From Carcharhinus amblyrhynchos (lineage: Eukaryota): a stretch of 64,000 bases of DNA. Both the position numbers and the translations under genes were made by a program. The notes beneath the pieces were generated by a model. It was not told the origin of the DNA and did no database searches. It saw only the letters and a list, made by a program, of their open reading frames with translations. Below, piece by piece: positions 1-12,196 of this stretch (positions are counted from its first letter, which is position 1; each line of letters starts with the position of its first letter). The stretch lies in assembly GCA_965287045.1 (NCBI GenBank), contig OZ336890.1, positions 32,240,001 to 32,304,000 on the forward strand. The letters run 5' to 3'.

Positions 1-2160
1 TCTGCACTGCTTAGTTGTTTGTGCCTAGCATACACTTTCTTTCTCTGTTTGATCTTCCCTGAATTTCTCTGGACAAACATGGGGGCCTAGATTTGGCAGT
101 ACCACTCCAAGTTTTGGAAGACATGTCTACTTTGTACGTTTAGGATCTCGCTTTTTAGTGTTTCCCACTGGTTTTCCACAGGTTTCTCCCCTAGCAGTGC
201 TGCCCAGTCCTCCAGCAAGCCCCTTCTCATTCCTGCAAAATTTCTCTTCCCCCATTTCAAAACTTTTATTCCAGTTTATCTCTGTCCTTTGCTATGGTAC
301 TGCTACATCTAATTGAATTGTGATCACTGTCCCCATATGGTTGCAAAATGTCACTTCAGCCACTTCCTCTTCTTCATTCCCCAGGGCCTGGTCTCAAATT
401 GTATTTCCACTTGTTGGGTTTGTCAACAATTATTTGAAAAAATTTCTTGGATGAACTGCATGAAGTCTTCTCCCTCAGTGCCCTTATATTTTTTGAATCT
501 CAGTTGATATGGGGAAAGTTAAAGTCTCTTATTATTATTGCCCTCTTGTTCTTACAGGCAGAAATTTGCCTACATATTTGTTCTTCTATCTCCCTTTCAA
601 TATTTGGGGGTCTGTAATATACTCCCGCTTATATCTTCCTGCTTAGAAAGGATAGCAGGACTAGAGGACACAGCCTCAAGATAAGGGGGGGGGGCAGTTT
701 AGATCGGAGTTGAGGAGGAACTTCTTCACTCAAAGGGTGGTGAATCTCTGGAATTCTCTGCCTGTTGAAATGGTGGAGGCTACCTCGCTAAATATATTTA
801 AGTCACAGGTAGATAGGTTTCTGATAGACAGGGGAATTAAGGGTTATGGGGAGAAAGCGGAAAAGTGGAACTGATCCACTTCAGATCAGCCATGATCTTA
901 TTTAATGGCGGGGCAGGCTCAAAGGGCTAGATGGCCTACTCCTGCTCCTATTTCTTATGTGCTTATGTTCTTACTCCTAGTAGTGTGATTGTCCTTTTTT
1001 TATTCCTAAGATCAACCTAAAACGTTTTGCTTGTTAACCCATTCTGTACATCATCCCGAATCACAGCTGGAATTGATGTTATAACCATATGTGTAACTCT
1101 CCCTCTATCAAAGAACTAAGAGAACAAAGAATGATGAACAGGCCCTTCGGCCCACCAAGCCTGTGCCAATTCCTAATCCTTAATTAGACCCACTACTCTT
1201 TGCCCATACATGGTTTCCATCCGTCTATTGTGTCTGAAGACTCTATAACCAGGGATATTGAGCTACCAAGTTCGTCCCTCCTTTAGCCAGGTTTCCATTA
1301 CAGCAATGAGATCAAGCTGCCATGTGTCTACCTGTGCCCTTGACTCATCTACCTTCTTTGTAATACTCCTTGCATTGAAATATGAATAGTTAAACCCCAT
1401 CAATTTCCCTTGCTGGACACTCCTTAAACTTTCCTTCTCCTGTAATCCCAAGTCTTTCACTATAGCTTCAACATCACTAGCTAATGTTGATCCTCCACTT
1501 TCCTGATCTAAGTAAGACCTACCTGATCCTTGGAATCCCCTGCTAAGTAAGTTTAAATACTGCCCAACAGAACTAACAAAAGCACCTGCAAGGACATTGC
1601 TCCCAGCCCTGCCTGAGCGCAGCCTGTCTGCTTTGTACAAATCCCAGCTTCCCCAGAACTGGATCTCAGTGCCTCAAGAATCTGAATCCCTCCCAACTAC
1701 ACCATCTCTCCAGCCAAGTGTTCATTTGATCTATCCTCTTATTCCTGCTCTCACTGAACTGAGAGTAACCCTGAAATTACTACATTTGAGGTCCTGCACT
1801 TTAATTTATCACCTATCTTCCTGTTTTCAGCTGACAGGTCCTCATCTCTTAGTTTACCTATACCACTGGCACAAGTGTTTACCATGACCACTGGCTGTTC
1901 ACCTTCCCTCCCCAGAATGCCTGCCAGCTGCTCCATGACATCCCAGACTCTGGCACCACAGAAGCAACATATCCTTGATTCACGTTTGCGACCACTGAAG
2001 CATCTGTCTGTGCCCCTGGCTTTAGCCCTGTCATCCATTTTCCTCCCAACCCTCTCAGCGTAAGAGCTACCTAAGGTGCTGTGACCCTGGCTGCTGCTGC
2101 TTGCCCTTGAAAGGCCATCCTCCTCCCATCCCCACCTGCCAAAGGCGCTAAGTAATTTCA
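1..2160 (-). mobile_element. Decayed CR1 LINE 5' part (ORF1 SGNH-esterase-like region and start of ORF2 endonuclease), interrupted by younger insertions
   Basis: ICCFCGARVWDV...GEQPVVMV...VVISGLL is typical of CR1 ORF1 esterase; YFNARSI...DLIAVMETWL is an APE N-terminus; many stops. Confidence 0.8.
634..972 (+). mobile_element. Young CR1 3' fragment (family B)
   Basis: Closely matches copies at 18211, 32891, 41445 and 52686; (ttcttatg)-type tail; tactcc repeated on both flanks. Confidence 0.88.
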
Positions 2161-2372
2161 CAACCAACAGATCAGATCTAACCTCTGCAGTCCTGTCACA
2201 CCCAGACATGAATACTGGTGGACAACTAAACAACTCACTGAAGGAGGAGGTTCCACAAATATCCTCATCCTCAATGATGGGAGAGTCCGGCACATCAGTG
2301 CAAAAGATAAGGCTGAATCATTCACAACGATGTGCAGTCAAGAAGTGCTGAGTGGATGATCCTTCTCTGCAT

Positions 2373-5300
2373 TAAGGTTAAGGGAAGGGCAGGACTGGCA
2401 GCTGAATGTTCCTGGGTACAAGTGTTTTAGGTGTGACAGAGGAGGGTTGAAGAGAGGTGGAGGGGTGGCACTGTTAGTCAAGGAAAACATCACAGTAGTG
2501 CAGAGGGAGGACAATATAGAAGAGATAGGGATTGAGTCACTGTGGGTGGAGTTGAGGAATAGAAAGGGAGAGATTACGTTGCTAGGGGTGTATTATAGGC
2601 CACCCAACAGCCCGAGGTCAGTGGAGGAAGGCATTTGCAGGGGCATTTTGGATAGGCGCAGGAAGAATAGGGTGGTTGTAATGGGTGACTTTAATCTTCC
2701 TGGAGTGAATTGGAGGGGGCCTAGAGCTGGGGGTACGGAGGGAGAGGAGTTTGTGAAATGTGTTATGGAAGGGTCGCTAGAACAGTATGTAACTAGCCCG
2801 ACTAGGGGAGGGGCTATACTGGATTTAGTGTTGGGTAATGAGCCGGGGCAGGTGGGTGAGGTAGAGGTAGGCGAACATGTGGCTAATAGTGACCACAAGT
2901 CCGTCTACTTTAGGATAAAAATGGAAAGGGATGAGTGCCGTCCGAACGGGAGTGTGCTGAACTGGGGAAAGGCGAACTATAGCAGGATTAGGAGGGAGCT
3001 GCAGGACACTGATTGGGAGGGACTGTTAGCTGGCAAGTCCACGGTTGGCAAGTGGGAGGCTTTTAAGGGCAAAATGAAATGGTTGCAGGGGAGGTATGTT
3101 CCGGTTAAGTGGAAGGATGGGAAAGGTAGGATTAGAGAGCCGTGGATTACAGGGGGTATTGAAGACTTGGTCAGGAAGAAGAGGGAGGCGTATGTTAGGT
3201 CAAAACGACTGGGTACGGAGAGTGCGCTGAAGGAATATAGAGAGAGTAGGAGGGAGCTAAAAAGGGGAATTAGAAGGGCGAAGAGAGGGCATGAAATGGC
3301 TTTGGCTGGTAGGATTAAGGAAAATCCGAAGGCATTTTATTCCTATATTAGGAGCAAGAGAGTAGTTAGAGGGAAAATTGGTCCTCTTAGGGACAAAAGT
3401 GGGGAGATAATGTATTGAGTCGGAGGGAATGGGGGAGCTCCTGAATGAATACTTTGCGTCGGTATTCACGAAGGAGAGGGGTTTGGAATCGTGCGGTCTG
3501 TTAGAGGGAGCTGAGGATCAGCTGCAGGATATATCTATTACGAGGGAGGAAGTGCTAGGACTTTTAGGTAGCGTAAGGACGGATAAAGCTCCGGGGCCTG
3601 ATGGTATTTATCCCAGGCTGCTTAGGGAGGCGAAAGATGAAATTGCTGGGCCTCTGGCGCAAATCTTTGTCTCTTCTTTGGACACAGGTGAGGTCCCAGA
3701 AGACTGGAGGGTAGCAAATGTGGTACCGCTGTTCAAAAAAGGTAGTAGGGATAACCCTGGAAATTATAGGCCGGTGAGTTTGACATCGGTGGTAGGGAAA
3801 TTAATGGAAAAAGTACTTAGGGGTAGGATGTATGAGCATTTGGAGCGTTGTGGTCTGATTGGGGATACGCAACATGGCTTTGTTAGAGGGAGGTCTTGCC
3901 TTACGAATCTGGTGGAATTCTTTGAGGAGGTGACAAAAACGGTTGACGATGGGAGAGCCGTTGATGTCATCTATATGGATTTCAGTAAGGCGTTTGACAA
4001 AGTCCCTCATGGTAGGCTGGTAGAAAAGGTTAAGGCTCATGGGATACGAGGTCAGGTAGCTAGGTGGATTGAGAACTGGCTGGGTAATAGGAGACAGAGG
4101 GTAGTTGTGGAGGGGACTTTGTCCGGCTGGAGGCCAGTGACCAGTGGTGTGCCGCAGGGCTCAGTACTGGGACCTCTCCTCTTTGTAGTCTACATAAATG
4201 ACTTGGAAGAGAGCGTAGGTGGTGTGATCAGCAAGTTTGCTGATGACACCAAGATGGCAGGGTTGGCGGGTACCGAAGTGGATTGTGAGGTGATACAACA
4301 GGATATAGATAGGTTGGTGCATTGGGCAGATAGGTGGCAGATGGAATTTAATCCTGACAAATGCGAGGTGATGCATTTTGGAAGGAATAATGTAGAGAGG
4401 AGCTATGTGATTAAAGGTAGACAAATTAGGAGTATAGAAACACAGAGGGACCCGGGAGTGCAGGTTCACAAATCCATGAAGGTTGCGACACAAGTGGAGA
4501 ATGTTGTCAGGAAAGCTTATGGAACGCTAGCCTTTATAGGAAGGGGTATAGAGTTTAAAAGCTGCCGTCTAATGCTTCAGTTGTATAGAACGTTGGTTAG
4601 ACCGCATTTGGAGTACTGCGTCCAGTTCTGGTCACCTTACTACCGGAAGGACGTGGAGGCTCTGGAAAGGGTGCAGAGGAGGTTTACCAGGATGTTGCCT
4701 GGCATGGAGGGGCTGGGTTACGAGGAAAGGGTGGAGAAACTGGGACTGTTCTTCTTGGAAAGACGGAGATTGAGGGGGGACATGATAGAGGTATATAAGA
4801 TACTGAAGGGAATAGACAGAGTCAATAGTGAGAGACTGCTCCCTAGATTGGTTACAAATACAAGAGGACATGATTTAAGGGTGAGGGGGGAGAGGTATAA
4901 TTTGGATATGAGAGGAAGGTTCATTACGCAGAGAGTTGTGGGGGTATGGAACGCGCTACCGAGTAGGGTGGTGGAGGCGGGAACGTTGGACTCATTTAAG
5001 GTTCAGTTAGATAGGCACATGAGTGAAACGAGGATGGAGGGTTATGGTAGGGGTTATTAAATAAGGGTTAGAACCTCGGGAGACACCGGAAAGGCAGGCT
5101 TGTGATTAACGTTTTTGTCTTTTTATTCCGCAGGTGGAGGTCCACCTCGTTGTCAAACGAGGGGCATGCACACGGTGGGTCGTGCGTGGGCTGCTCTTGG
5201 AGGTTCCGGGAGTGGCCTAGTACTTTGTGTCGGTGTGTGTGCTTGATCCTGGACCGGTAGACGGGCACCGCAACAGCTCGGTGACTAGCACTGCTAGCTG

Positions 5301-5580
5301 TGCAGATACATGGATTTGGGCCTGTGTCTGTGGGAGTTTGTGCATTCTCCCTGTGGATGCGTGGGTTTCCTCCGGACGCTCCGGTTTCCTCCCACACCCC
5401 AAAGATGTGCTCTTAGGCTGATTGGTTTTACCAAATTGACACTATTCTCCCCTGAATCTGGCTAAGTCAGGGGTTCTATTTGTAGATACGCAGGGTAGAA
5501 TAGGTGTAGGGTGATGCGGCGGCGCGGGCTTGTTGGGCCGAAGGGCCTGTTTCCTGTGCTGGGTTGTTCTTTGTTCTTTG
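2373..5580 (+). mobile_element. Young 5'-truncated CR1 LINE (family A): APE and RT ORF2 with one frameshift near 3410, long 3' UTR, (ttctttg) tail
   Basis: ORF 2447-3418 has APE motifs (GVYYRPP, MGDFN, LDLVL, SDH); ORF 3429-5060 has RT motifs (GVPQGSVLGP, KFADD); inserted into an older LINE whose sequence resumes at 5581. Confidence 0.95.
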
Positions 5581-6895
5581 CATCTCAGATGCCAGCCTTC
5601 AGCCAATTTGATTCACTCCACATGAAAACAGAAATGGCTGAAGGCAATGGATACTGCAAAGACAATGCACCCTGACAATATTCCACCAATAGTACTGAAG
5701 ACTTTCACTCCAAACACGACCTTAGCCAAGCTGTAAAGCTACAATGCAGGTGCTTACCCAGCAATGTGGAAAATTGCGCAGATATGTCCTGTACACAAAA
5801 AAGAGGACAAATCCAATCCAGCCAATTACTGTCCCATCAATCTAATATCACTCATCAACAAAGTGATGAACTATCGATAGTGCTATCAAGTAGCACTTAC
5901 TTAAAAATAACCTTCTCACTGACACTCAGGACGGAATTTTCCTGTCCCACCCGCCATGGGAAGCATAGTGGGTGGGACACAGAGAATGCAAAGGTCCATT
6001 GACCTTGAGTGGGATTTTACAGCACTGGGGTAAGCACAGCTGAAAACTCCCGCCCTCAGTTTGGGTTCTGCCAGGGTCACACAGCTCCTGACCTCATTAC
6101 AGCCTTGATTCAAACATGGAAAAAAGAACAGAACTCCAGAAATGAGGTATGAGGAAAGAGGAATGAGGCTCCTGACAACAAGACAACATTAACTGAATCA
6201 ACATTAAGGAGCCCTAGCAATACTGTAGTCAATGGGAACCAGTGGATAAATCCTCTGCTGGTTGGAATCATACCTGGCACAAAAGAAGATGGTTGTGATT
6301 GTTGCAGGTCAAATCCTCTCAGCTCCAGGACGTCTCTGCAGGAGTTCCTCAAGGTATTGTCAACGGCCCAACCATCTCCAGCTGCTTTGTCAATGACCTT
6401 CCTTTCACATAAGGTCAGAAGTGGGGATATTTGCTGATAACGGCAAAATGTTCAGTATCATTTGTGACTCCTCAGATACTGAAGCAGTGTACTACATGCA
6501 AATGCAGAAAGACCTGGACAATATCCAGGTTTGGGATGACAAGCGGCAAGCAACATTTGCACCATACAAGGGCCAGGCAATGACCATGTCCAACAAGAGA
6601 GGATCTAACCATCATTCCCTGACACTCAATGGAATTACCATTGCTGAATCCCCACTATCAACATCACAGGGGGTTACCATTGACCTGAAACTGAACTGGG
6701 TTAGCCATATAAATACTGAGCAAGTCAGAGCCTAGGAATCCTATGTTGAGTAACTCATCTTCTGTCACCCCAAAGCCTGTCCACCATCTACAAGTCACAA
6801 GTCAGGAATGTGTTGGAATACTCCCCACTTGCCTGGATGTGTGCAGTTCCAACAATACTCAGAAACGTGTCATCATCCAGGACAAGGCAGCCAAA
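5581..6895 (+). mobile_element. Old CR1/L2-group LINE remnant (left part at about 2190-2372)
   Basis: Decayed RT (GIFADN, LEYSPLAWM); related fragments near 27480, 30300, 39180, 39720, 43100 and 62390. Confidence 0.7.
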
Positions 6896-7510
6896 GTGGA
6901 TTTTTCAAGACTTTTGCCCAAATGTTTGTGAACCTGTCTTCAAGAAAGACACCAGCCTCCCATCAGTCCTCCCACTGAACCCAGAGAATGTGGTGGAGAC
7001 ATTGCTGATGGGGTTTCTCCAGCATGTTTATGTGTCACTGCTACATATTCCAGATCTCGCTGCAGTACAGGAGTATAGGAGTACGGTAACATCAATTCCT
7101 CTGTACGATATGACAACCGTAGGTACATATACTTTACAGTTCGTGGATGACTGCAGTATTTTGCCAGCTCTGCAGCAGTTTTTCAAGCCACTCTTGATCG
7201 CTTCAATTCTGTGTACAAGAAACTTTTCCTTGAATGTTGCCTTTAACAAACTCGTATCAACCCATGCCTGGTCGGTCAAATATGCCTGATATATTGAATA
7301 AGAGACTCTGAAATATGTTGAGCATTCCCTATACCTCAGCACTTCCTGCACCTCAGCCACCCCTCTCAAAGGACACTCCATTAGGAGATCCGACAGAGGA
7401 TCAACCCCAATTCACTCTTCTACAAACCAGTGTATGAAAGACCTCTTTAAGTCCAAGGTAGGTGTTCCCAAACTGTGGCGTGAGTGTGAGGGAGATGTGT
7501 GTGTGTGCTG

Positions 7511-7689
7511 AGTACAGTAAGAAGTCTCACAACACCAGGTTAAAGTCAAATAGGTTTATTTAGGATCAGGAGCTTTCAGAGTGTTGCTCTCTCACGCTTA
7601 CCTGATGAAGGAGCAGCACTCTGGAAACTCATGATTCCAAATAAATCTGTTGGACTTTAACCTGGTGTTGAGAGATTTCTTACTGTGCC
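7511..7689. mobile_element. Short palindromic Penelope-derived element
   Basis: acaacaccaggttaaagtc...gactttaacctggtgttg inverted arms, same as the Penelope terminal repeats at 13895 and 16180; degenerate CTGATGA...GAAA core. Confidence 0.75.
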
Positions 7690-7995
7690 CACAGTGTGAG
7701 ATAAAACGGTGTGCGTGAGAGACGAATGTGCGTAAGAGAGTGTGCGTGAGAGAGATGAGAGTGACTGTGTATGACAGATGAGAGTATATGCTTGTGATGA
7801 GTGTGTGTAAAACAGATAAGACTGAGGCCGTAATCTTACCGGCTCGCGCAATGCCCCAAGTAATCTGCAGCTGGCTTCTGTTTTCTAACTCCGAGGACAC
7901 TTAAATGTTTTTGGTAGATTGTGCCGTGTGCATAAGAGAGGTACGAGTGCGTGTGTGTGAAAGAGGTGTGTGTGTGTGAGAGAGAGAGGTGTGAG
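7690..7995. repeat. Degenerate (GT)n/(GA)n microsatellite field
   Basis: Interspersed gtgtgt and gagaga runs. Confidence 0.7.
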
Positions 7996-8029
7996 AATCG
8001 ATCATCCCAGTAGCATTCTTCCCACTTGA

Positions 8030-8830
8030 AACGAAGGATGCAGCAACGCCGTATTAAAAATAACACAGGTAAAAAACCGAAGTGTGTTTTTAATAAGGAG
8101 AACGCTTTAACTGCAGCGACCATATAGAAGACTTGTACAAAGTAGGTTCCGGTACGTTTTTACCTAATGCGCGAGACAATCATTTTTTGTGGCTTGTCTC
8201 TCGAACACAAGGATCGTTCTCAGGGGTTCTGTCCGTACTTTTGGGAGGTCTAAGGGGCTGGGAAAGTTTGGGAAACTGTTCGAGGAAGTCTGTACAGCAG
8301 TGTGAAGTTGAGATACCTGCAGTGAATTAGCTGAGTTAGAAAGTGCTTAGAAAAAGACAAATTGACAAATGCCCCATTTTCTCAGCCTATGTTGGGCTTT
8401 ATTGTGTATTTTTAAAACCGAAATTGAACTTCCCTCGGTGTTTCCCGCAGCCAGCTGCGCTCTTTACCTGTTCTGATCAAGTGTCCTCCTGCCCCGACTG
8501 CTGCTTTTGCAGAAATCCGGCTGGAAAAGTCTCCAGGGGCCAGAGTGGCTTCTCCGCGCTAGGTGCCTGAACATGGTTACGAAACAGGGACGAGGGGAGA
8601 GCTTCCGGCTGACAAAACTTCAGACTGGACAGTTAGATTTCCGCACTGCTCACTGCAGCCAGCCCGGACAAACTTCCAGTCAACAACAGCAGAACAGGCT
8701 GCCACCCAGTTCAACGAACTGGGAGATTGACAGAGCGGCGGGCAGTCCCATTTAGGGACTGCCCATTACATCGCCGAGAGTTTGCAAGACGAATTCGACT
8801 CTCGCTCCGGAAAGAACACTTGCACATCTC
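8030..8830. promoter_or_regulatory. Second CpG-enriched promoter-like patch
   Basis: Non-repetitive CpG-retaining sequence with several ETS-like TTCCGG/CCGGAA motifs (about 8147, 8603, 8807). Confidence 0.5.
8468..8574 (-). CDS. Probable first coding exon of a divergent gene with a mitochondrial-presequence-like N-terminus (ACSF2 suspected from synteny only)
   Basis: accATG; MFRHLARRSHSGPWRLFQPDFCKSSSRGRRTLDQN plus 2 nt, then AG|GTAAAG donor; Arg/Ser-rich and acid-poor; lies in a CpG-enriched patch. Confidence 0.5.
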
Positions 8831-8854
8831 CTTTAATTGATCTTTGCCCAAAAG

Positions 8855-9400
8855 ACGAAGTTCAGTCTCCTTAAAAACTAGGTGGGGAAAAGAGGTGGGT
8901 AGGAAATCAAATTTAGAGGAAGATATGAAAAGTTTTCAACGGGATTCAGATTAGGTTAAGTGAGTAATATAGTAAAATGGAGTATTATGTAATGTAGTAT
9001 AAAGGAGTCTGATATGGTATAGTATGATTGAGTATAATGTAATATGATATGTTGTGATGAAATATGATCAAATATAATGTGGGAAAATGTGAGGTTGCCA
9101 ACTTGAATGAGAAGAAAAGCAGGATATTATTTGAATGGAGAGAGATTCAGAATGCTGCAGCACAGGGCGATGTGTGTCCTTGTACAGAAGTCACAAAAGG
9201 TTAGCTTGCAAACACAGTAAGGGATTAGGAAGGCAAAATGGAACGTTGGTCTTTATTGCAAAGGGGATGAATGATAGTAGGGAAGTCTAAAACTCTACAG
9301 GGCATTGGCCAGATCACATCCATATAGTGTACTGTTTTGATATGCTTACTTAAGGATGGATATACCTGCATTGGAGATAGGAAAGACTGAGTTTTTACAA
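8855..9400 (+). mobile_element. Decayed CR1 RT 3' fragment with internal low-complexity expansion
   Basis: Recognisable aatgtgggaaaatgtgagg and ggcaaatggaatgttggcctttattgc-like CR1 segments. Confidence 0.6.
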
Positions 9401-9889
9401 CTATAGATAACAGCAAAAGAACTGCAGAAATGAATATTAGTTCGTGTGATTTCTAGGTTCCAGACAGTTAAAGTCCAATGGATGTTTACTTTGTGGCAGA
9501 GTTCAGTCCAGGTGAATTTCTAGATGGAAATAGCAGCAAAAAATCTTTGAAATGAAGTAAATGATGTGATTTCTGTACCTTGAGCTTTTGGCAGGTGATG
9601 ATCAGAGACTTAAAATCGTACAGGCTTCAAGGAGTTGAGACATATAACCAGCTGCTTGGTTAGCCAGGAGTCCTGCTGGAAGTCTTTTCATTTGGTGTTA
9701 ATTCGACAAATTGCTTGGTTCTCAGTTCTCAACTGGATATAAGGATTTTAAAATGGTCACACGAATCTGTGACCTTCTTTCTCCGCAATGATTTTTCAAA
9801 AGAGTAGGGTGTTCCTCCAGCAGAGTGCTCATTATTTATCCCCATATCAACTTCAGCAGATCAGATTATCTGGTAATATCATATTAAGC

Positions 9890-10260
9890 AAGGAAAATAG
9901 GAGCAGGAGTAGGCCATTCTGCCTGTCAAACCAGTTTCACCATTCATTATGATCATGGCTGATCACCCAACTCAATAGCCTGATCCCGCCTTCCCCTCGT
10001 ATCCTTTGACCACTTTCACCCCAAGTGCTGTATCATTGTGTGAAATCACACAATACTGTGACCTCGACTGCTTCCTGTAGTACGGAATTCCACAGTTTAC
10101 CACTCTCTCAGGGAAGAAATTTTTCCCCATCTCAGTCCTAAAAGGTTTAACCTGTATCCTTAGACAATGACCCTTGATTCTGCACTCCCCCACCATCAGG
10201 AACATCCTTCCTGCATCTACCCTGTCTCATCCTGTTAGAATTTGAGGTTTCTATGCAATA
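9890..10260 (-). mobile_element. CR1 3' end fragment
   Basis: GHCLRI...FRTEMGKNFF.ERVVN and the aataggagcaggagtaggcc terminus. Confidence 0.8.
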
Positions 10261-10423
10261 TTTCTGTAGTGCTCTACAGTTCTTTGTAATTTGTCAATTG
10301 GTACTTTATATGCAGGAGATTGGGTTTATGTTTGGTTTATAAATTGAGATTTACATCTGCGTTGGGGTTTATACTAGGTAGGAGACTTGTGGGCTGATTT
10401 GAATTGGAGATTAATATTTATAT

Positions 10424-10725
10424 TTAGATTTGAATCATAGAATCTCTGCAGTGCAAAAGGAGGCCATTCGGCCTGTCGAGTCTGCACTGACAACAATCCC
10501 ACTCAGGTCCTATCCTGGTAACCCCATGTGTGTACCCTGGTAGTCCCCCTGACACTAAGAGGCAATTTAACATGGCCAATGCACCTAACCTACACATCTT
10601 TGGAATGTGAGAGGAAACTGAAGCATCCGGAGGAAGATCGTGCAGACACGGGAAGAACATACAGACTCCACACAGACAGTCACCCAAGGTTAGAATTGAA
10701 TCCAGGTCCCTGCCACTGTGCCACC
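10424..10725 (-). mobile_element. HE1/V-SINE-like SINE with CR1-type tail
   Basis: Reverse complement has the V-domain (gtggagtctgtatgttcttcccgtgtctgc...cctctcacattccaaagatgtg) and ccgaatggcctcct...tctatgattc tail. Confidence 0.82.
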
Positions 10726-10800
10726 TTGAAAATATAAACTTGGAGATGTGTTTATATTTGGATAGGACTCTGGGCTCCTATTTGGATGGGAGATGAATGT

Positions 10801-11140
10801 GGGGCAGCATGGTGGCATAATGGGTAGCACTGCTGCCTCACAACGCCAGGGACGGACCTGGGTTTGACTCATGGCTTGGGTCACTGTCTATGCAGAGTCT
10901 GCACATTCTCCCCATGTCTGCATGGGTTTCTTCTGGGTGCTCCAGTTTCTTCCCACAATCCGAAAGGCCTGCTGGTTAGATTCATTGGCTGCGCTAAATT
11001 CTCCCTTAGTGTATCCGAACAGGCGCCAGAGTTTGGCGACTAGGGGATTTTCACCAAAAAAGAGGGGATTTTCACAGTAACTTCATTGCAGTGTTAATGT
11101 AAGCCTACTTATTACACTAATAAATAAACTTTAAAACTTA
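10801..11140 (+). mobile_element. V-SINE-like SINE with alternative tail
   Basis: tRNA-like head, V-domain, tail ttcacagtaacttcattgcagtgttaatgtaagcctactt...aataaataaacttt. Confidence 0.82.
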
Positions 11141-11179
11141 AACTATACATTTGAGTTTAGATGAGGAGGTGTAGAGCAG

Positions 11180-11740
11180 TTGTGGTTTCCAGGATGTCGA
11201 ATCTCCTCCCGGTTGAGTGGGGCGCTGTGGTTGGAGTTGGGCCGGAGTGGTTGCTCCTGTCTCGGCGCTGTCTCCTTGTTTGTCCCCGGGGTTTGATCTG
11301 ACGTGTAGCTGCCGCTGTGGAGCCGGGGGAGTCGCCAGGGAGTGAGGCCGCAGCAGTGAAGATGCCGAAGAACAGTGGGAAGCAGCTGAACCCGAACCCC
11401 AGCCTCCGGGAGCGGCTGGATGGCAACGAGCTGGACCTGAGCCTGAGCGGCCTGAGTGAGGTCCCGACCCGGGAGCTGGTGAGAGGAGGAGCGGGGTACG
11501 GGGCTGTTGGTGCGGCGGCGGCTGGAACAGGAGCAGAGGGCGGCCCTGGGGCCGGGACAGCGCCCGGGTGCCATGCCTCCCGCAGTCGACCAGCTACCTC
11601 TCTGAAGGGCCTTTGAGCCTGTCCCCAGGCACCGCAGCCCATATAGACTGGGGAGGGCAGGACGGGGACCACAGAGACTGAGTCCGTGTATCTGAGGCTG
11701 GTGCCTGGCCTGGGAAGCTCTGGCCGGCTCCCACCCCCAG
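11180..11740 (+). promoter_or_regulatory. GC/CpG-rich island over the LRRC59 promoter and exon 1
   Basis: Visibly GC- and CpG-rich against a CpG-poor background; spans the LRRC59 start codon. Confidence 0.75.
11362..11478 (+). CDS. LRRC59: LRRC59 coding exon 1
   Basis: ATG at 11362; [39 protein letters not shown] matches the LRRC59 N-terminus ([25 protein letters not shown]); donor GTGAGA at 11479; 117 nt, phase 0. Confidence 0.96.
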
Positions 11741-12196
11741 TGTCCCATTCACTGTGAATCCCAGCACCTGTGTGATTGAACCATTCAACAAAGGGCCTCA
11801 GTGACAGCGACAGGATTTTCTTTTGCTTTTAACAAGTTTACAATTTGGTAAATGTGGAATATTTTCATTTAAAATAACAAAAAATGCTTCCACATTCTTA
11901 TTCAAAATGTCTACAGCTGCTTGCGATGAACTAACCTCTAGTGTGCCGTTAAAAATCTCTTGTTATTGTGCTCATCAAGGCAAGGGATGCTTATTTCTTT
12001 CACACTTAAACTCAGAGTCCACATCAATCACAGCTCCTCGCCACTATCCCCATCAAATATTTTGAGGGCAGGTACGTCACAAAATTAGATACAGAGTGAA
12101 TCCTACCCTGACCTGTCCTATCAAAAGGCACGGTTAGACTTGCAATAAAGTGCAACTGAGCTGAATCGTGTACATTTATGAAATGTTATCTCTCTA

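Noticed and set aside
2447-5060. Two separate genes, a programmed frameshift, or a prokaryotic RT system
   Set aside because: Ordinary CR1 ORF2 (APE plus RT) broken by an indel near 3410; the context is a vertebrate genome.
6900-7460. Host gene exons (ORFs 6810-7289 and 7028-7381)
   Set aside because: No coherent splice structure; only faint resemblance to a decayed RTE-type LINE (CKVY...VLLYSC), too weak to list as a feature.
8962-9080. Novel satellite
   Set aside because: Degenerate pentamer-like expansion inside a CR1 remnant; the flanks rejoin as LINE sequence.
11317-11361. N-terminal extension of LRRC59
   Set aside because: The ORF-track start is GTG; homology begins at the ATG at 11362.
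11143-11748. Minus-strand ORFs of 201 and 171 aa
   Set aside because: Antisense to LRRC59 exon 1 in a GC-rich island where stops are rare; no recognisable domain.
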